This document shows positions 19,502 through 29,426 of a stretch of DNA of 64,000 nt, piece after piece. The DNA comes from a virus: IMG/VR virus record IMGVR_UViG_3300044634_002252, positions 26,140-90,139 of that record; one strand, written 5' to 3'. The translations under genes were made by a program, and so were the position numbers. The notes under the pieces were generated by a model. It saw nothing but the letters and a program-made list of their open reading frames with translations. It was not told the DNA's origin and did not search any database. Within the stretch, counting starts at the first letter, position 1. The number at the start of each line of letters is the position of its first letter.

Positions 19502-19760
19502 TGGCTCCTCTTTCTTTAGAAATTTTAAGAAGAATTAGATATCCGATCAAGTCATCGATGTCATTATCTCCTGGGTATTCGGTCCCCCTTGCAAACCTAG
19601 ATAACTTATCGTCAATCCTGACTAGCAGCTGTTCCATGCCATTTGATTTAGAAAAAATTCTAACTGGATTTAGGGCTGAGTCTCCATATGCTAGATTTTT
19701 TTCCATTAGCATACGCTTAATCTCATCGCATATTCTGTTAATATCATTTATAGTATTCAT
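19488..19760 (-). CDS. DUF1599/Nmad1-like nucleotide-modification-associated domain
   Basis: KNLAYGDS...VRIDDKLSR...DDLIGYLIL. Confidence 0.7.
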   Translation of the reverse strand: MNTINDINRICDEIKRMLMEKNLAYGDSALNPVRIFSKSNGMEQLLVRIDDKLSRFARGTEYPGDNDIDDLIGYLILLKISKERGANEKA

Positions 19761-19912
19761 CTGCGGGATTTCCTTAATCCGAACTTAGCAAGATAAACGT
19801 AGACTGTTTCTACGCTCGTCCCGCATTCTTTTGCAATTTCTTCTGGGCTTTTCTTGTCTAGCCAGTAGCGTTTCTTTAGCCATGCTTCATTAGTGTATAG
19901 TTTAGCAGCCAT
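19757..19912 (-). CDS. 51-aa HTH DNA-binding protein (missing from the ORF track)
   Basis: MAAKLYTNEAWLKKRYWLDKKSPEEIAKECGTSVETVYVYLAKFGLRKSRR; ATGA overlap with the next gene. Confidence 0.8.
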   Translation of the reverse strand: MAAKLYTNEAWLKKRYWLDKKSPEEIAKECGTSVETVYVYLAKFGLRKSRR

Positions 19913-19923
19913 GATCTTTTCTG

Positions 19924-20499
19924 TCAATCCCCCAGCTTGTCCCAGTTTCGCAATGCGTAATGACCAATTCCAATTGCATCTGCAATATCATTGTCGGTAA
20001 TTTCTAAATCATAATTAATATTAATAAAGTTTATAGTCTTTTGCTTTCTTGCCTCACGTTCGTGTTGCTTATACCAAGACTCTGATCTTTCTGGATTTTC
20101 TTTTCTCATTAAAAGTTTTGCATCTTTTGTGACTTTGCCATTTCCAATATATGTTTGCCAGGCTATAGGGTTTGTCCCCTTAAAAATTTTGATTCCTGCC
20201 AATGAGGCTCCAGCTAAGATTGCACCCTGTACCATAGAAAGTTCGGACATTGTTTTTGGACTATTTATAAAGATTGCTCTTTCTATAACTAGTGCTTCTG
20301 GAGCAATGTCTTTTATAACATCTACAACGGATCCTATTGCACTAGATATCTTTTGGTAAACGTTTTTCCCTAAAAACTCAACTTTACCATTAAGAATAAG
20401 TTTTTTATCTTCGAAGACTGCGTAAGCTATGCTTGTTGTGCTAGCATCAACTGTAATAATTTTATTTGGAATAATAGAGAACTTAGTCAAATTTACCAT
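19924..20499 (-). CDS. RuvC-like Holliday junction resolvase
   Basis: VDASTTSIAYA, LVIE, NDIADAIGIG acidic residues. Confidence 0.8.
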   Translation of the reverse strand: MVNLTKFSIIPNKIITVDASTTSIAYAVFEDKKLILNGKVEFLGKNVYQKISSAIGSVVDVIKDIAPEALVIERAIFINSPKTMSELSMVQGAILAGASLAGIKIFKGTNPIAWQTYIGNGKVTKDAKLLMRKENPERSESWYKQHEREARKQKTINFININYDLEITDNDIADAIGIGHYALRNWDKLGD

Positions 20500-20776
20500 C
20501 AGAAAGACCTTTTATTTCTTTTATGGCTTTTTTAACGTCTAGCGGATTGACAAGGCACTTAACGCACAGAGGATCATCATTGTAAACTGACAACGAAGCA
20601 TTACAGCTTTTACAAAGTCTTTCCTTGCCTACCCTTTTAGCTCTTCTATTTTGAGCATACTTCTGGGCCATCTTCTCTTTGGTTGCAGCTTCTCTGCATT
20701 CTGAAGAACAGTATATTTGATAAGAAATCTCTGTCTGAAATACAGAGTCACACCAGCTACAATGCTTGTTTGTCAT
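20483..20776 (-). CDS. Zinc-finger hypothetical protein
   Basis: CxxC...YCSxxC and CxxC...CxxC. Confidence 0.7.
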   Translation of the reverse strand: MTNKHCSWCDSVFQTEISYQIYCSSECREAATKEKMAQKYAQNRRAKRVGKERLCKSCNASLSVYNDDPLCVKCLVNPLDVKKAIKEIKGLSDGKFD

Positions 20777-21554
20777 CCAGAGGCTCCAAGGAATTAATCT
20801 TTATTAGTCCCTTGCCAGCTTCTGCGCATGCCATTTGTATTGGACATGTCTTGCAAATTTTAGAATTAGATCGATAGTTTTTTTCTGGAAGAGTTTTAGT
20901 CTCCCATGCACTACGCACGGTCTTCATCCAATCGAACGCCTGGTTTACCCACCTGACATAATAATCATTAATCTCTACTGGGATTACCAGAAGGTCATGA
21001 TTATTTTTGTTTTCATAAATCAAGACGGCCTTTGTCTTGTTTAAGATCTTCATATAGATAAGCAGCTGAATGAGGTGACCTAGCTTAGCCTTACCGCTTG
21101 CTTTTCTGTACTCAAAGCCTTCGGCTGGCATTGTCTTGATTTCTCCAAGAAGGTCCTCGCCTGCCCAATCTAAAATAACATCCCCAAAACCAAAAATTGG
21201 AGGATCGCTATAAGTAACTTTAAATTCTGAATCCTTTAAGATTCCAGCGTCAGCCATAGCTTGCTGGATTCTTTCGTGTGACTTTGTTCCAGCAGTCATG
21301 TTAGCTCCGCCGTAAGCATCTGCATTATCTTCAAAGGTTGCACCCTCAAAGGCTAGGTACCAATACCTAGGGCACTCTCCATGGGAGTATGCTATTGTGC
21401 TTGGAGCAAATGACTTTTTCTGTGTAAACTTTGGCAGCCGCTTAGAAATGTAGCCATAGTTAATCTTTTCAATAAGCTCCTTAGTGTCAAGAAATGACGG
21501 GCCAGAGTTTTGTACATTTTTTAGCATTACCTGCTGTAATAAATTTTTAGCCAT
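20757..21554 (-). CDS. Cas4-like PD-(D/E)XK exonuclease
   Basis: CPR, GTKSH, D...EIKT, QLLIY, C-terminal CxxCxxxxxC. Confidence 0.85.
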   Translation of the reverse strand: MAKNLLQQVMLKNVQNSGPSFLDTKELIEKINYGYISKRLPKFTQKKSFAPSTIAYSHGECPRYWYLAFEGATFEDNADAYGGANMTAGTKSHERIQQAMADAGILKDSEFKVTYSDPPIFGFGDVILDWAGEDLLGEIKTMPAEGFEYRKASGKAKLGHLIQLLIYMKILNKTKAVLIYENKNNHDLLVIPVEINDYYVRWVNQAFDWMKTVRSAWETKTLPEKNYRSNSKICKTCPIQMACAEAGKGLIKINSLEPLDDKQAL

Positions 21555-21560
21555 AGCTAA

Positions 21561-21872
21561 TTAACGAATGATATATTTAAGCGCAGCAACTAAACTATTA
21601 ATTGATTCTGCTGCAGTATAATAAATATTCTTTTTCGCTCTATCTCCTTTTTCTACGTTTGTCAACCAGGTTGCACGAAATGCCATTTTAGCTGCAATTG
21701 CCTGTAGACGAACGATTTCTAGTGTTACCACACTCATTGGGATGTCTGGTTTTAATATAACTTTTGAAATAAAAACTAGAGCAGAAGTAAGCTCTTCGTC
21801 ATTCATATAATCTGCCACTTCAGACAGCCCATTAATCATATCTATTGTTGAAACGTTATTTTCCATAATCAC
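21561..21872 (-). CDS. Hypothetical helical protein
   Basis: ORF preceded by TGcTAGAAT (21876-21884); start may be ATG 21866. Confidence 0.7.
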   Translation of the reverse strand: MIMENNVSTIDMINGLSEVADYMNDEELTSALVFISKVILKPDIPMSVVTLEIVRLQAIAAKMAFRATWLTNVEKGDRAKKNIYYTAAESINSLVAALKYIIR

Positions 21873-21894
21873 TCTATTCTAGCATACCCTGCCA

Positions 21895-22647
21895 CTACTT
21901 GCCAATATTTTTAGCAAGTGAATTGTACATATCCCAAGCTGAGGTGAACTCTTCACGCTCTTTGAGGGTCTCTAAATACTCTCTATGAGCCTCTGGCTTT
22001 CTTAACGGATCTATTGGATCCTGTTCTCCAGAAAACGCCCAGTCAGTTGGTGGGCAGTAGTCAAATGTAACTATCTCTAAAAATTCCCCCTCTTTCCACT
22101 CACGCTTTGGACGCCAGTGTACCTGGTTAACTGCACTAAAGATTATAGCGTCTCCAGTTTTAAGACTATATGGCTTATTGTCTATATAAATATCCCAATC
22201 TATATTTCCGTCTAGCTGGTAATTAAAAGTCACCAAGTTTTCTGTGCTATCTATATGTGGTGGCAAGGATGGCTCATACCTGCCATCACCGTATTTTAAA
22301 TTATAATCAATGTAGCTATAGTGAGCAAGCTTTATTTCATTTTTATGCAATGGCTTAGAATAAGAATCCATAACGCCTTCTACAGATTCTGGGCAGTCAA
22401 ACTCAACAATGAGTCTAGACATGTGTGTCATAAGCCTAGGCTCTAGCCTGCTCTCTGTGCTTATGAATTCTTCTTTATCTCCAGGGAGGGGGTGAGATGC
22501 TAGAGGAGTTTGTTTGATTAGTTCAATTGCTTCTCTTAGCTCTGAGATCTGCTCTTCAGAAAACGGTTTTTCTATGTAGATTGGCAGGGTTGCGTTGTAA
22601 TCTTTAAAGCCCGACAAAAATTTGTGCATCTTTGCAACATTAGCCAT
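21895..22647 (-). CDS. 2OG-Fe(II) oxygenase (tandem paralogue 3)
   Basis: PSLPPHID...TFNYQL..NIDW...FSAVNQVHWRP. Confidence 0.8.
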   Translation of the reverse strand: MANVAKMHKFLSGFKDYNATLPIYIEKPFSEEQISELREAIELIKQTPLASHPLPGDKEEFISTESRLEPRLMTHMSRLIVEFDCPESVEGVMDSYSKPLHKNEIKLAHYSYIDYNLKYGDGRYEPSLPPHIDSTENLVTFNYQLDGNIDWDIYIDNKPYSLKTGDAIIFSAVNQVHWRPKREWKEGEFLEIVTFDYCPPTDWAFSGEQDPIDPLRKPEAHREYLETLKEREEFTSAWDMYNSLAKNIGK

Positions 22648-23224
22648 TTGCTTCCTCCAACTTTAAACGCCATACTTCTGACTTGTCATCCATTAACTTC
22701 GTGTGTTCTGGACCAAGCTGATTGATGTTCTCTTTAAGATATAGATGGCAGAATATCATTTCTAAAAACTCACCAACAACAAAACTTCTTTCTGGCCTCC
22801 AGTGTATCTGATGTGTTCCACTAAAAGTTAATGCCTGGTTATTCTTTAAAACAAATTCCTTGCCTTCTACGTATATTGGCCAATCAATGTTTGACCCAAG
22901 CTGGTAGTCAAATGTGAATCGTGGCTCGATAAAGGCGTCAAAGTGTGGACGTAAATTTGGGACTTCTACTTTTCCATCGATGTCTAGCAGCTCATATCTA
23001 GAAAATTGATATTCTAACTCAAAGCCAGAAAGCCCTGTTATGTTTTCAACATGAGAAATTATTTTGTCTTCTATGCTTTTTGGCATTCTAAAATCTGAAA
23101 TTTGTTGCACATGAAGGTCCATAACATAATTGTTATAAGGCTTTTTAATTGAGCTATACAGGTCAGAAATTTCTGAGTCTGTCAATAGGTTCTCTATGAC
23201 TACATTTTTTTCATCAAATTTCAA
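22640..23224 (-). CDS. 2OG-Fe(II) oxygenase (tandem paralogue 2)
   Basis: PNLRPHFD...TFDYQL..NIDW...FSGTHQIHWRP. Confidence 0.8.
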   Translation of the reverse strand: MKFDEKNVVIENLLTDSEISDLYSSIKKPYNNYVMDLHVQQISDFRMPKSIEDKIISHVENITGLSGFELEYQFSRYELLDIDGKVEVPNLRPHFDAFIEPRFTFDYQLGSNIDWPIYVEGKEFVLKNNQALTFSGTHQIHWRPERSFVVGEFLEMIFCHLYLKENINQLGPEHTKLMDDKSEVWRLKLEEANG

Positions 23225-23852
23225 TTGATTCCTCCATACTGTTAATGCCAGTCTTATTAATTAAAAAGTTGGCTCGTTCTCTTAACACTTCATCCTGATC
23301 ATTCTCTAGTGGCAAATCAGCTGTATACTCTAAATGACAAAATATCATGTCGATTTCTGCATCATCTGCTATTTGCTTGTCTTCTCTCCAATGTATCTGC
23401 TGAGTTCCTGCAAAAACTAATGCCTGATTATCTTGTAGGTTATAGACATCTTCTTCTACGACAAGCGCCCATGGCTCTGATGTTTTTAATTGAATATCAA
23501 ATGTTACCCTCTGGCTTGGTCTAGTGTCATAGTGTGGGAAAAGCTTGGCCTTGTATCCAAACTTAGGGGAGTATCTTGCAAAAGAATAATCTTTTCTAAG
23601 TACTAGATGGTCCCCCAAAGAGTTTTTGACAACTTCGTTAATCCTATCTTCAATCTCCTGGCCCAAAGATACATCCCAAACCTTGTGGCTAGCCCAAGGC
23701 TGGACCCTAGTCTGATCTTCAGAGGTATTATCAATAACTTTATAAATCTTATCGATATGATCCTGCTCAAATATATGATCTACTACCATCACTTCAAAGT
23801 CTTGATTAGAAATATGTCTTTGAGCTGCCTTAAAGTCTTTATAAGATGTCAT
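23214..23852 (-). CDS. 2OG-Fe(II) oxygenase (tandem paralogue 1), leaderless
   Basis: KLFPHYD...TFDIQL...FAGTQQIHWRE; ATG 23852 lies 6 nt after TATAAT. Confidence 0.8.
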   Translation of the reverse strand: MTSYKDFKAAQRHISNQDFEVMVVDHIFEQDHIDKIYKVIDNTSEDQTRVQPWASHKVWDVSLGQEIEDRINEVVKNSLGDHLVLRKDYSFARYSPKFGYKAKLFPHYDTRPSQRVTFDIQLKTSEPWALVVEEDVYNLQDNQALVFAGTQQIHWREDKQIADDAEIDMIFCHLEYTADLPLENDQDEVLRERANFLINKTGINSMEESIEI

Positions 23853-23872
23853 AATTAAATTATACACTATAC

Positions 23873-24481
23873 CTAGTAGACTTCAGTTGCCTCTATGATA
23901 GCCTGCTTCTCTTTGCTGGATACCCTGCCACTAGTAACAAACCATGGCAACAGAATGTCGTACAAATCTATTAGCAGGTTAACGTCCTGGATCTGATACT
24001 TTTTCATTTCTTTCCAAGAGTCCTTGTCACCAGCCATACATCCAAGCCATAATCTAAATCCAGAGTGCTTGACCTTCGCTCCAACCTCAAGCTTTTGTGC
24101 CACATAATCTAGCTTGTTTGAAGGAAACATAAAGTTTGCTTTTGTGACGCTCATTAAATCTAGATCCTTAACTGGTGATGGCGGTAGCATGCCATTTTCC
24201 AAGAATTCTCTATTTATATGTTTGTGATCAAATGATGCTGAATTCCAGCCAACAAGAACATCTGCCTCCTCCATAAGTTCATGCAGCTCTTCTAGCATTG
24301 CCTCTTTGCCGTCATGGTGAACTGACTTAAAGATAACCTTCTTGCTACCAAGCCACCTGGCTCCGAAGCAAAGCATTTCAGTACTCTTAATGATTTGGTC
24401 TATGCTAATGTTTTGGTCCCATAGCCCCCAGGTATAAACCTGCATTGGTGTAGTTTCAATATCTAAAAATAATGTTTTCAT
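23873..24481 (-). CDS. DnaQ/RNase H-like 3'-5' exonuclease
   Basis: LDIET, GWNSASFD, NKLDY, YQIQDV (DEDD). Confidence 0.85.
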   Translation of the reverse strand: MKTLFLDIETTPMQVYTWGLWDQNISIDQIIKSTEMLCFGARWLGSKKVIFKSVHHDGKEAMLEELHELMEEADVLVGWNSASFDHKHINREFLENGMLPPSPVKDLDLMSVTKANFMFPSNKLDYVAQKLEVGAKVKHSGFRLWLGCMAGDKDSWKEMKKYQIQDVNLLIDLYDILLPWFVTSGRVSSKEKQAIIEATEVY

Positions 24482-24765
24482 AATTTATCCTCAATTAGTT
24501 GCTCTAATAGAGATAGCTCTATTATTGCTAGTCTAGTTTTTTTATTGCCTTCCCCCAGTACCACGATGATAGCTGGGTCATTTTTATTTTTCATTGCATC
24601 TGTAGTTGCTTTTGCCCAGTTATCCTGGTTTACGGTAAATCCTTTTGGATACTCCTTAAAATCCACTGTAAAGTTTTCAAAGACTGCATCGCCCTTAGTT
24701 GTTCCTCGACCACTATTTTTTATAGCTTTGGCACCTAAGCGTTTAATCTCAGACCTCTCGCTCAT
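24478..24765 (-). CDS. Hjc-like PD-(D/E)XK resolvase/endonuclease
   Basis: SE...NSGRG..KGD...VDFKE. Confidence 0.65.
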   Translation of the reverse strand: MSERSEIKRLGAKAIKNSGRGTTKGDAVFENFTVDFKEYPKGFTVNQDNWAKATTDAMKNKNDPAIIVVLGEGNKKTRLAIIELSLLEQLIEDKL

Positions 24766-24925
24766 AGTCTTTCTTCGTTTTAGGTTTTAAAGAAACTTCG
24801 CTTAAATGCTTTTCAGAGCATAGCCAAGTTATCAATTTGTCTGTCGCATAGTGCCTAAGACTAGTGACCTCGGCATTGCAAACTTGGCATTTAAACTTTC
24901 CCTGATAGACTGTATATTTAGACAC
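24749..24925 (-). CDS. Small zinc-ribbon protein
   Basis: CQVC...WLCSEKH; GTG start at 24925. Confidence 0.65.
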   Translation of the reverse strand: MSKYTVYQGKFKCQVCNAEVTSLRHYATDKLITWLCSEKHLSEVSLKPKTKKDYEREV

Positions 24926-25928
24926 TGTGAACCTTTTTGTATAAGGAGTCATATAGCTCTTTATCTTCTCTAACTTTTGTCACAAAAGCATCACGACCTT
25001 GCAACTTAGATCCGTCATCAAGCTGGTACCATGCACCAGTCCTATTTACAAACCCAAGCATCTCTGCAGTATCTACTAAATCTCCTACAGAGTCGATACC
25101 TATCATGTCTCCTCTATAGTAGAAGTCGTACTCGGCAGAATCTCCTGGAGCTGATGTCTTAGAATTAAGAACTTCCCATCGAACCTTTCGACCAATTTTT
25201 TGCTCTATCAGCTTGTCTCCAGATTGGATCTTAGCTTTAATTGCTTGAGAGTCCGAACTAGATGAGAACAGCTTAACTATTGTAGATGACATAAACTGCG
25301 TTGTCAGTCCTCCTGTTGGAGCTGCCTGAGTATACGTAGCCTGGATGTTATTCCTGGCCTGAGAGATTGCAACTATAAGAGCTGGCTTCTCACGATTGTT
25401 AGCGTAGTTAAGCATTAGCCAAGCATGCTTAAGGTCTTTAGACTCTGCGCCAATTTGCTTAGTCTGGTCTAGAGCCTTTAGCTCATCTGAGTCTTTTTCA
25501 AAGTAAACCGCTGGTAGCAGAGAGCTAATGCTGTCGATTACAATAATGTCAACACCTGCTTGAAGAAGTGCAACACCTACGTCTACCATGTCATTTATAC
25601 TTCTAGCTTCAGAGTATATTAGCTTGGATGTATCTACCCCCAGCTTTTTTGCCCACTCTTCATCGTAGGACATTTCTGCGTCTACCCAAGCACAGAGCTT
25701 TCCTTCTTTTTGCGCCATTGCAATCATTTGCAAACATAGCGATGACTTTGCGCTAGACTTACTACCCCAAAGAAGGACCTGCCTGCCATAGGGAAAGCCA
25801 CCGCCTAGAGCACGGTTTAACCCAGCGCTTGGCGTAGGCTGCATCTCTGTTTTAATACCAACACCAGTAGTTAGTCTTTTTCTAATTTTTGGATCTAGCT
25901 GAGCCATAGCCTCTTCGATAGTAGTCAT
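24918..25928 (-). CDS. recA: RecA/UvsX-like recombinase
   Basis: LNRALGGGFPYGR, GSKSSAKS, WVDAE, IVIDSI, SQAR, GAWY. Confidence 0.92.
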   Translation of the reverse strand: MTTIEEAMAQLDPKIRKRLTTGVGIKTEMQPTPSAGLNRALGGGFPYGRQVLLWGSKSSAKSSLCLQMIAMAQKEGKLCAWVDAEMSYDEEWAKKLGVDTSKLIYSEARSINDMVDVGVALLQAGVDIIVIDSISSLLPAVYFEKDSDELKALDQTKQIGAESKDLKHAWLMLNYANNREKPALIVAISQARNNIQATYTQAAPTGGLTTQFMSSTIVKLFSSSSDSQAIKAKIQSGDKLIEQKIGRKVRWEVLNSKTSAPGDSAEYDFYYRGDMIGIDSVGDLVDTAEMLGFVNRTGAWYQLDDGSKLQGRDAFVTKVREDKELYDSLYKKVHSV

Positions 25929-26149
25929 TAGCTCACCAATCCTGAAATCTTATCTGGATTAAACCCTGACCAGGACTCGCTATCAGTAATAACTACTGGT
26001 GCTGCTCTAAAGCCTTTAGAAACTATCAAGTCTAGCGCCTCTTCGTTTACTGTAATATCTACAGTCGTATACTCAATATTCAACTTGTCCATCATTCTTT
26101 TAGTTGCATCGCATTGTACGCACGATGGCTTTGTATATACTGTAATCAT
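25928..26149 (-). CDS. nrdH: Glutaredoxin-like NrdH
   Basis: TVYTKPSCVQC, APVV, WSGFNPDKI. Confidence 0.95.
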   Translation of the reverse strand: MITVYTKPSCVQCDATKRMMDKLNIEYTTVDITVNEEALDLIVSKGFRAAPVVITDSESWSGFNPDKISGLVS

Positions 26150-29100
26150 TATTTTATATCCTCCAAGATAATTGTTCCGTCTTTTGTTTTTCCAAACTCA
26201 AAAGTATATGCTGCCCCTTCTTTGATATTCATGTATGCCTTTGGAAAGGCTGTTGGGAATACCGTTACGGAGTGAAGATTTCGGGAAGTGTCTGCCAGTG
26301 TTAGAGATGCCATCTTTTTACCAGCCTTTGTAACCCTTGGCTTAAAGGAAATAACAAACATCTCATCTTCCTTATATGGCAACATCTTATAGTTTAAGAA
26401 TTTAACTAGGGCTGATTCAGAACCCTTAATCTCGTCAACTCCGATGGCACTAACAATCCTATTATCATTACATAAAAGAAGGTAGGTTCTGCCAGTTTCA
26501 ATAGTAGTTTGCTCTTCATCAAAGATCCCGACGCTTCCTGTCTTGTCTAAAATTTCTACACGTGACCAGCCCTTGCCACGCTTAACTGTTTTAACCATTC
26601 CCATAAGAACGTATGCGCCCTTTTCCTCGAACTCTTCTACATCATTAATAAATGCATAGTAGTGAGATGGAATATCTATGTTGAACTCTGGAAGGTTTAG
26701 ATATTCATAAAGATTTTCTCTTACTTCATGCTCGTCCCTGGGATTATCTTCAAAGGTGGCAGCACCAACAAGCTTTAGGGCCTGTAGCGCACGACTATTA
26801 ACTCCATTACCCTTACCAAAAGTAAAAGCCTCTAGGTCCTTATAAGAAGAGAATGGCCTTCTTGCAATATACTTTTTTGCAATATTGTCTGAGATATACT
26901 TAATCGAGCTTAAGCCAAATCTAATCCCCTTGCCCTCAATCTTAAAGTCCATGTCAGACTCGTTAATGTGTGGCAAACGAATAGAAATATTCATCCTTTT
27001 AGCCTCAATCAAATATTCAGTACGAGCATCCTTGTCCTTTTCGTTCTTAAGAACCGAATACATAAACTCTATCGGATAGTACTTTTTTAGCCATGCAGTC
27101 CAATAAGATAGTGTTGAGTATGCTACTGCGTGAGACTTGTTAAACGAGTATCCTGCGTGAGCTTCAAAGTCTGTCCAAAGATTTAGAGCATCATTTGGAG
27201 ATAGGTACTGAGATGCTCCCTTAACAAACTTTTCCTTAAACTGATCAAACTCTTTAGCATCTTTTTTCTTACCAATAATCTTACGAACCTTGTCAGCTTC
27301 TGCCATAGTCATTCCGCCAAGCTCTGTACAGGCTTGCATAACTTGCTCTTGGTATAAAATACATCCATAAGTTTCTGCAGTAAAAGCTTTCATTACTTGG
27401 TGGTGGTAAGAGATGTTCTGCTTACCGTGCTTACGAGCAATGTAGTCTTTACCAATAGTGTTGGCAGCACCTGGACGAACCAAAGCGTTAGATGCAGCAA
27501 GCTCTGCAAAGTTTTTAACACCCATCTTTACTAGCAAGTTTGTATATGGAGTAGCTTCACACTGGAACACACCCTTGGTATAACCAGAAGAAAGCATTTC
27601 GTAAACTCTCTCATCTTCCATGTCAATCTCTAAAAGATTAATATCTTTTCCGCTTCTATCTTTAATAATATCAAGCGTATCTCTCAGAACAGACAATGTC
27701 TTTAGACCTAGAGCATCAATCTTGATTAGCCCAATACGCTCTGCCTCTTCCATATCTACCGCAACTACTGGGATTCTTTCTCCGCTTCCAGGAGAAGTTC
27801 TTGTTTCCATTGGAGCGTACTTGAATATCGGAGACTTTGATGTTACAACACCTGCAGCATGAATTCCTGTTCCACGAATTCGACCTCGAAGCTGCTCTCC
27901 ATATTTTTCAATTTCTGGATACTTCTCACGGAACCAGACTGCCTGCTTTGATGTGCAGTAGTCATCCCAAGTATCTACAACTTTCATAACCTTATTAACA
28001 TCGGTTAGAGGTATATTTAAAACACGAGCAATGTCTCTTACAACACCCTTGTCTTTAAACTGCAGAAATGTAGCAATAGATGCTACGTGACGATATTGAC
28101 GAACAAGGTAGTCCTTTACCTCTTCACGACGTGAGTCCTGGATATCGGTATCGATGTCTGGAAAGTCGTTACGCTCGGGATTAATAAAGCGAAAGAAAAG
28201 CAATCCATGTGGGATAGGATCAATGTCTGTAATCTCAAGTGCATAGCACAGAAGCGAGCCAGCGGAAGATCCACGACCTGGACCAACCATGATGCCTTCC
28301 TTTTTAGCCCAAGAAATCATATTACGAACAACTAGGAAGTAAGGCCCAAAGTTCTTATCCTCAATAACCTTTAGCTCTTCATCTAGTCTAGCTAGATACT
28401 CGTCTGTATGTACACCACGTTTCTGAAGACCTGCCACTGCAATATCTCTAAGCTCTTTATTAGGATTCTGATACTGAACTGGCAATAGGTCTAGGTGATC
28501 TTGAATGTCATAGGAACTAATCTTTTCAGAAATTTCTAGTGTGTGCTGGTAGATATCTTCTCTGTCGATTTCCTGAGACTTCATTGCAGCCTTCATCTCT
28601 TCATAAGATAGAAGGTGAATCTCAAACTTGTTGAACGACATCTGACGATCAGCACCGTATAGGTAATCAAGCTTGTCCATAAGATTTTCATGCTTAAGGG
28701 ACTTTTCGTATGTAGCTTCCTTTGCAATCTTATTTGCATAAGTATTAAGAATTAGCTTTAGTTCTTGAATTTCTTTTTGTCCAGCATGAGAGTGGTGACA
28801 GTCTGGGGTCACTACAGCCTTTACCCCGTACTCATCTGCCAAAGCTAAAAGTTGATGATTTACCTCTGCTGGGTTGTGTGGCATAACCTCAATGTAGTAG
28901 TCGTCTCCAAAGACACGCTTATGCCATTCAATAATGTGCTTTGCCTCAGCTAGCTCCTCTGCCTCAATTGCTTTAGCAAGAGCTCCAGATAGACAACCAG
29001 AAAGGACTACAAGACCTTCAGAATACTTTTCCAAAACCTCATAGTCAATACGTGGCTTCTTGTAAAAACCCTCAGTCCACGCAATCTCATTTAGCTTATT

Positions 29101-29418
29101 TAAGTTTTCCAAACCAACATCATTCTTAGCAATAATGATAATGTGGTTGTAGACTAGGTCAAGCAGGCCCTTTCTTTCTTCTTTATCTCTTTGATCGAAT
29201 CTGTCTTGAGTAATGTATCCTTCTACTCCTAATATCGGCTTAATGCCACTCTCACTAGCAGCTCTAAAGAACTCCCTGTGACCAGAAAGAGATCCATGGT
29301 CAGTGATTGCTAATGCATTCATACCCAGCTCTTTAGCTCGCTCTACATATTCTAATGGAGTAGCGATGCCGTCAAACAAGCTGTAATGAGTGTGGACATG
29401 TAAGCCAACATAGGACAT
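26149..29418 (-). CDS. dnaE: DNA polymerase III alpha subunit
   Basis: PHP (HVHTHYS, TDHG), GPGRGSSAGS, FPDIDTD, HAAG, KIDALGL, FNKSHA; no intein visible. Confidence 0.97.
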   Translation of the reverse strand: MSYVGLHVHTHYSLFDGIATPLEYVERAKELGMNALAITDHGSLSGHREFFRAASESGIKPILGVEGYITQDRFDQRDKEERKGLLDLVYNHIIIIAKNDVGLENLNKLNEIAWTEGFYKKPRIDYEVLEKYSEGLVVLSGCLSGALAKAIEAEELAEAKHIIEWHKRVFGDDYYIEVMPHNPAEVNHQLLALADEYGVKAVVTPDCHHSHAGQKEIQELKLILNTYANKIAKEATYEKSLKHENLMDKLDYLYGADRQMSFNKFEIHLLSYEEMKAAMKSQEIDREDIYQHTLEISEKISSYDIQDHLDLLPVQYQNPNKELRDIAVAGLQKRGVHTDEYLARLDEELKVIEDKNFGPYFLVVRNMISWAKKEGIMVGPGRGSSAGSLLCYALEITDIDPIPHGLLFFRFINPERNDFPDIDTDIQDSRREEVKDYLVRQYRHVASIATFLQFKDKGVVRDIARVLNIPLTDVNKVMKVVDTWDDYCTSKQAVWFREKYPEIEKYGEQLRGRIRGTGIHAAGVVTSKSPIFKYAPMETRTSPGSGERIPVVAVDMEEAERIGLIKIDALGLKTLSVLRDTLDIIKDRSGKDINLLEIDMEDERVYEMLSSGYTKGVFQCEATPYTNLLVKMGVKNFAELAASNALVRPGAANTIGKDYIARKHGKQNISYHHQVMKAFTAETYGCILYQEQVMQACTELGGMTMAEADKVRKIIGKKKDAKEFDQFKEKFVKGASQYLSPNDALNLWTDFEAHAGYSFNKSHAVAYSTLSYWTAWLKKYYPIEFMYSVLKNEKDKDARTEYLIEAKRMNISIRLPHINESDMDFKIEGKGIRFGLSSIKYISDNIAKKYIARRPFSSYKDLEAFTFGKGNGVNSRALQALKLVGAATFEDNPRDEHEVRENLYEYLNLPEFNIDIPSHYYAFINDVEEFEEKGAYVLMGMVKTVKRGKGWSRVEILDKTGSVGIFDEEQTTIETGRTYLLLCNDNRIVSAIGVDEIKGSESALVKFLNYKMLPYKEDEMFVISFKPRVTKAGKKMASLTLADTSRNLHSVTVFPTAFPKAYMNIKEGAAYTFEFGKTKDGTIILEDIK

Positions 29419-29426
29419 AGACTATA

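Noticed and set aside
20757-21554. CRISPR-Cas system
   Set aside because: Solo Cas4-like nuclease in a recombination operon; no repeat-spacer array or other cas genes seen.
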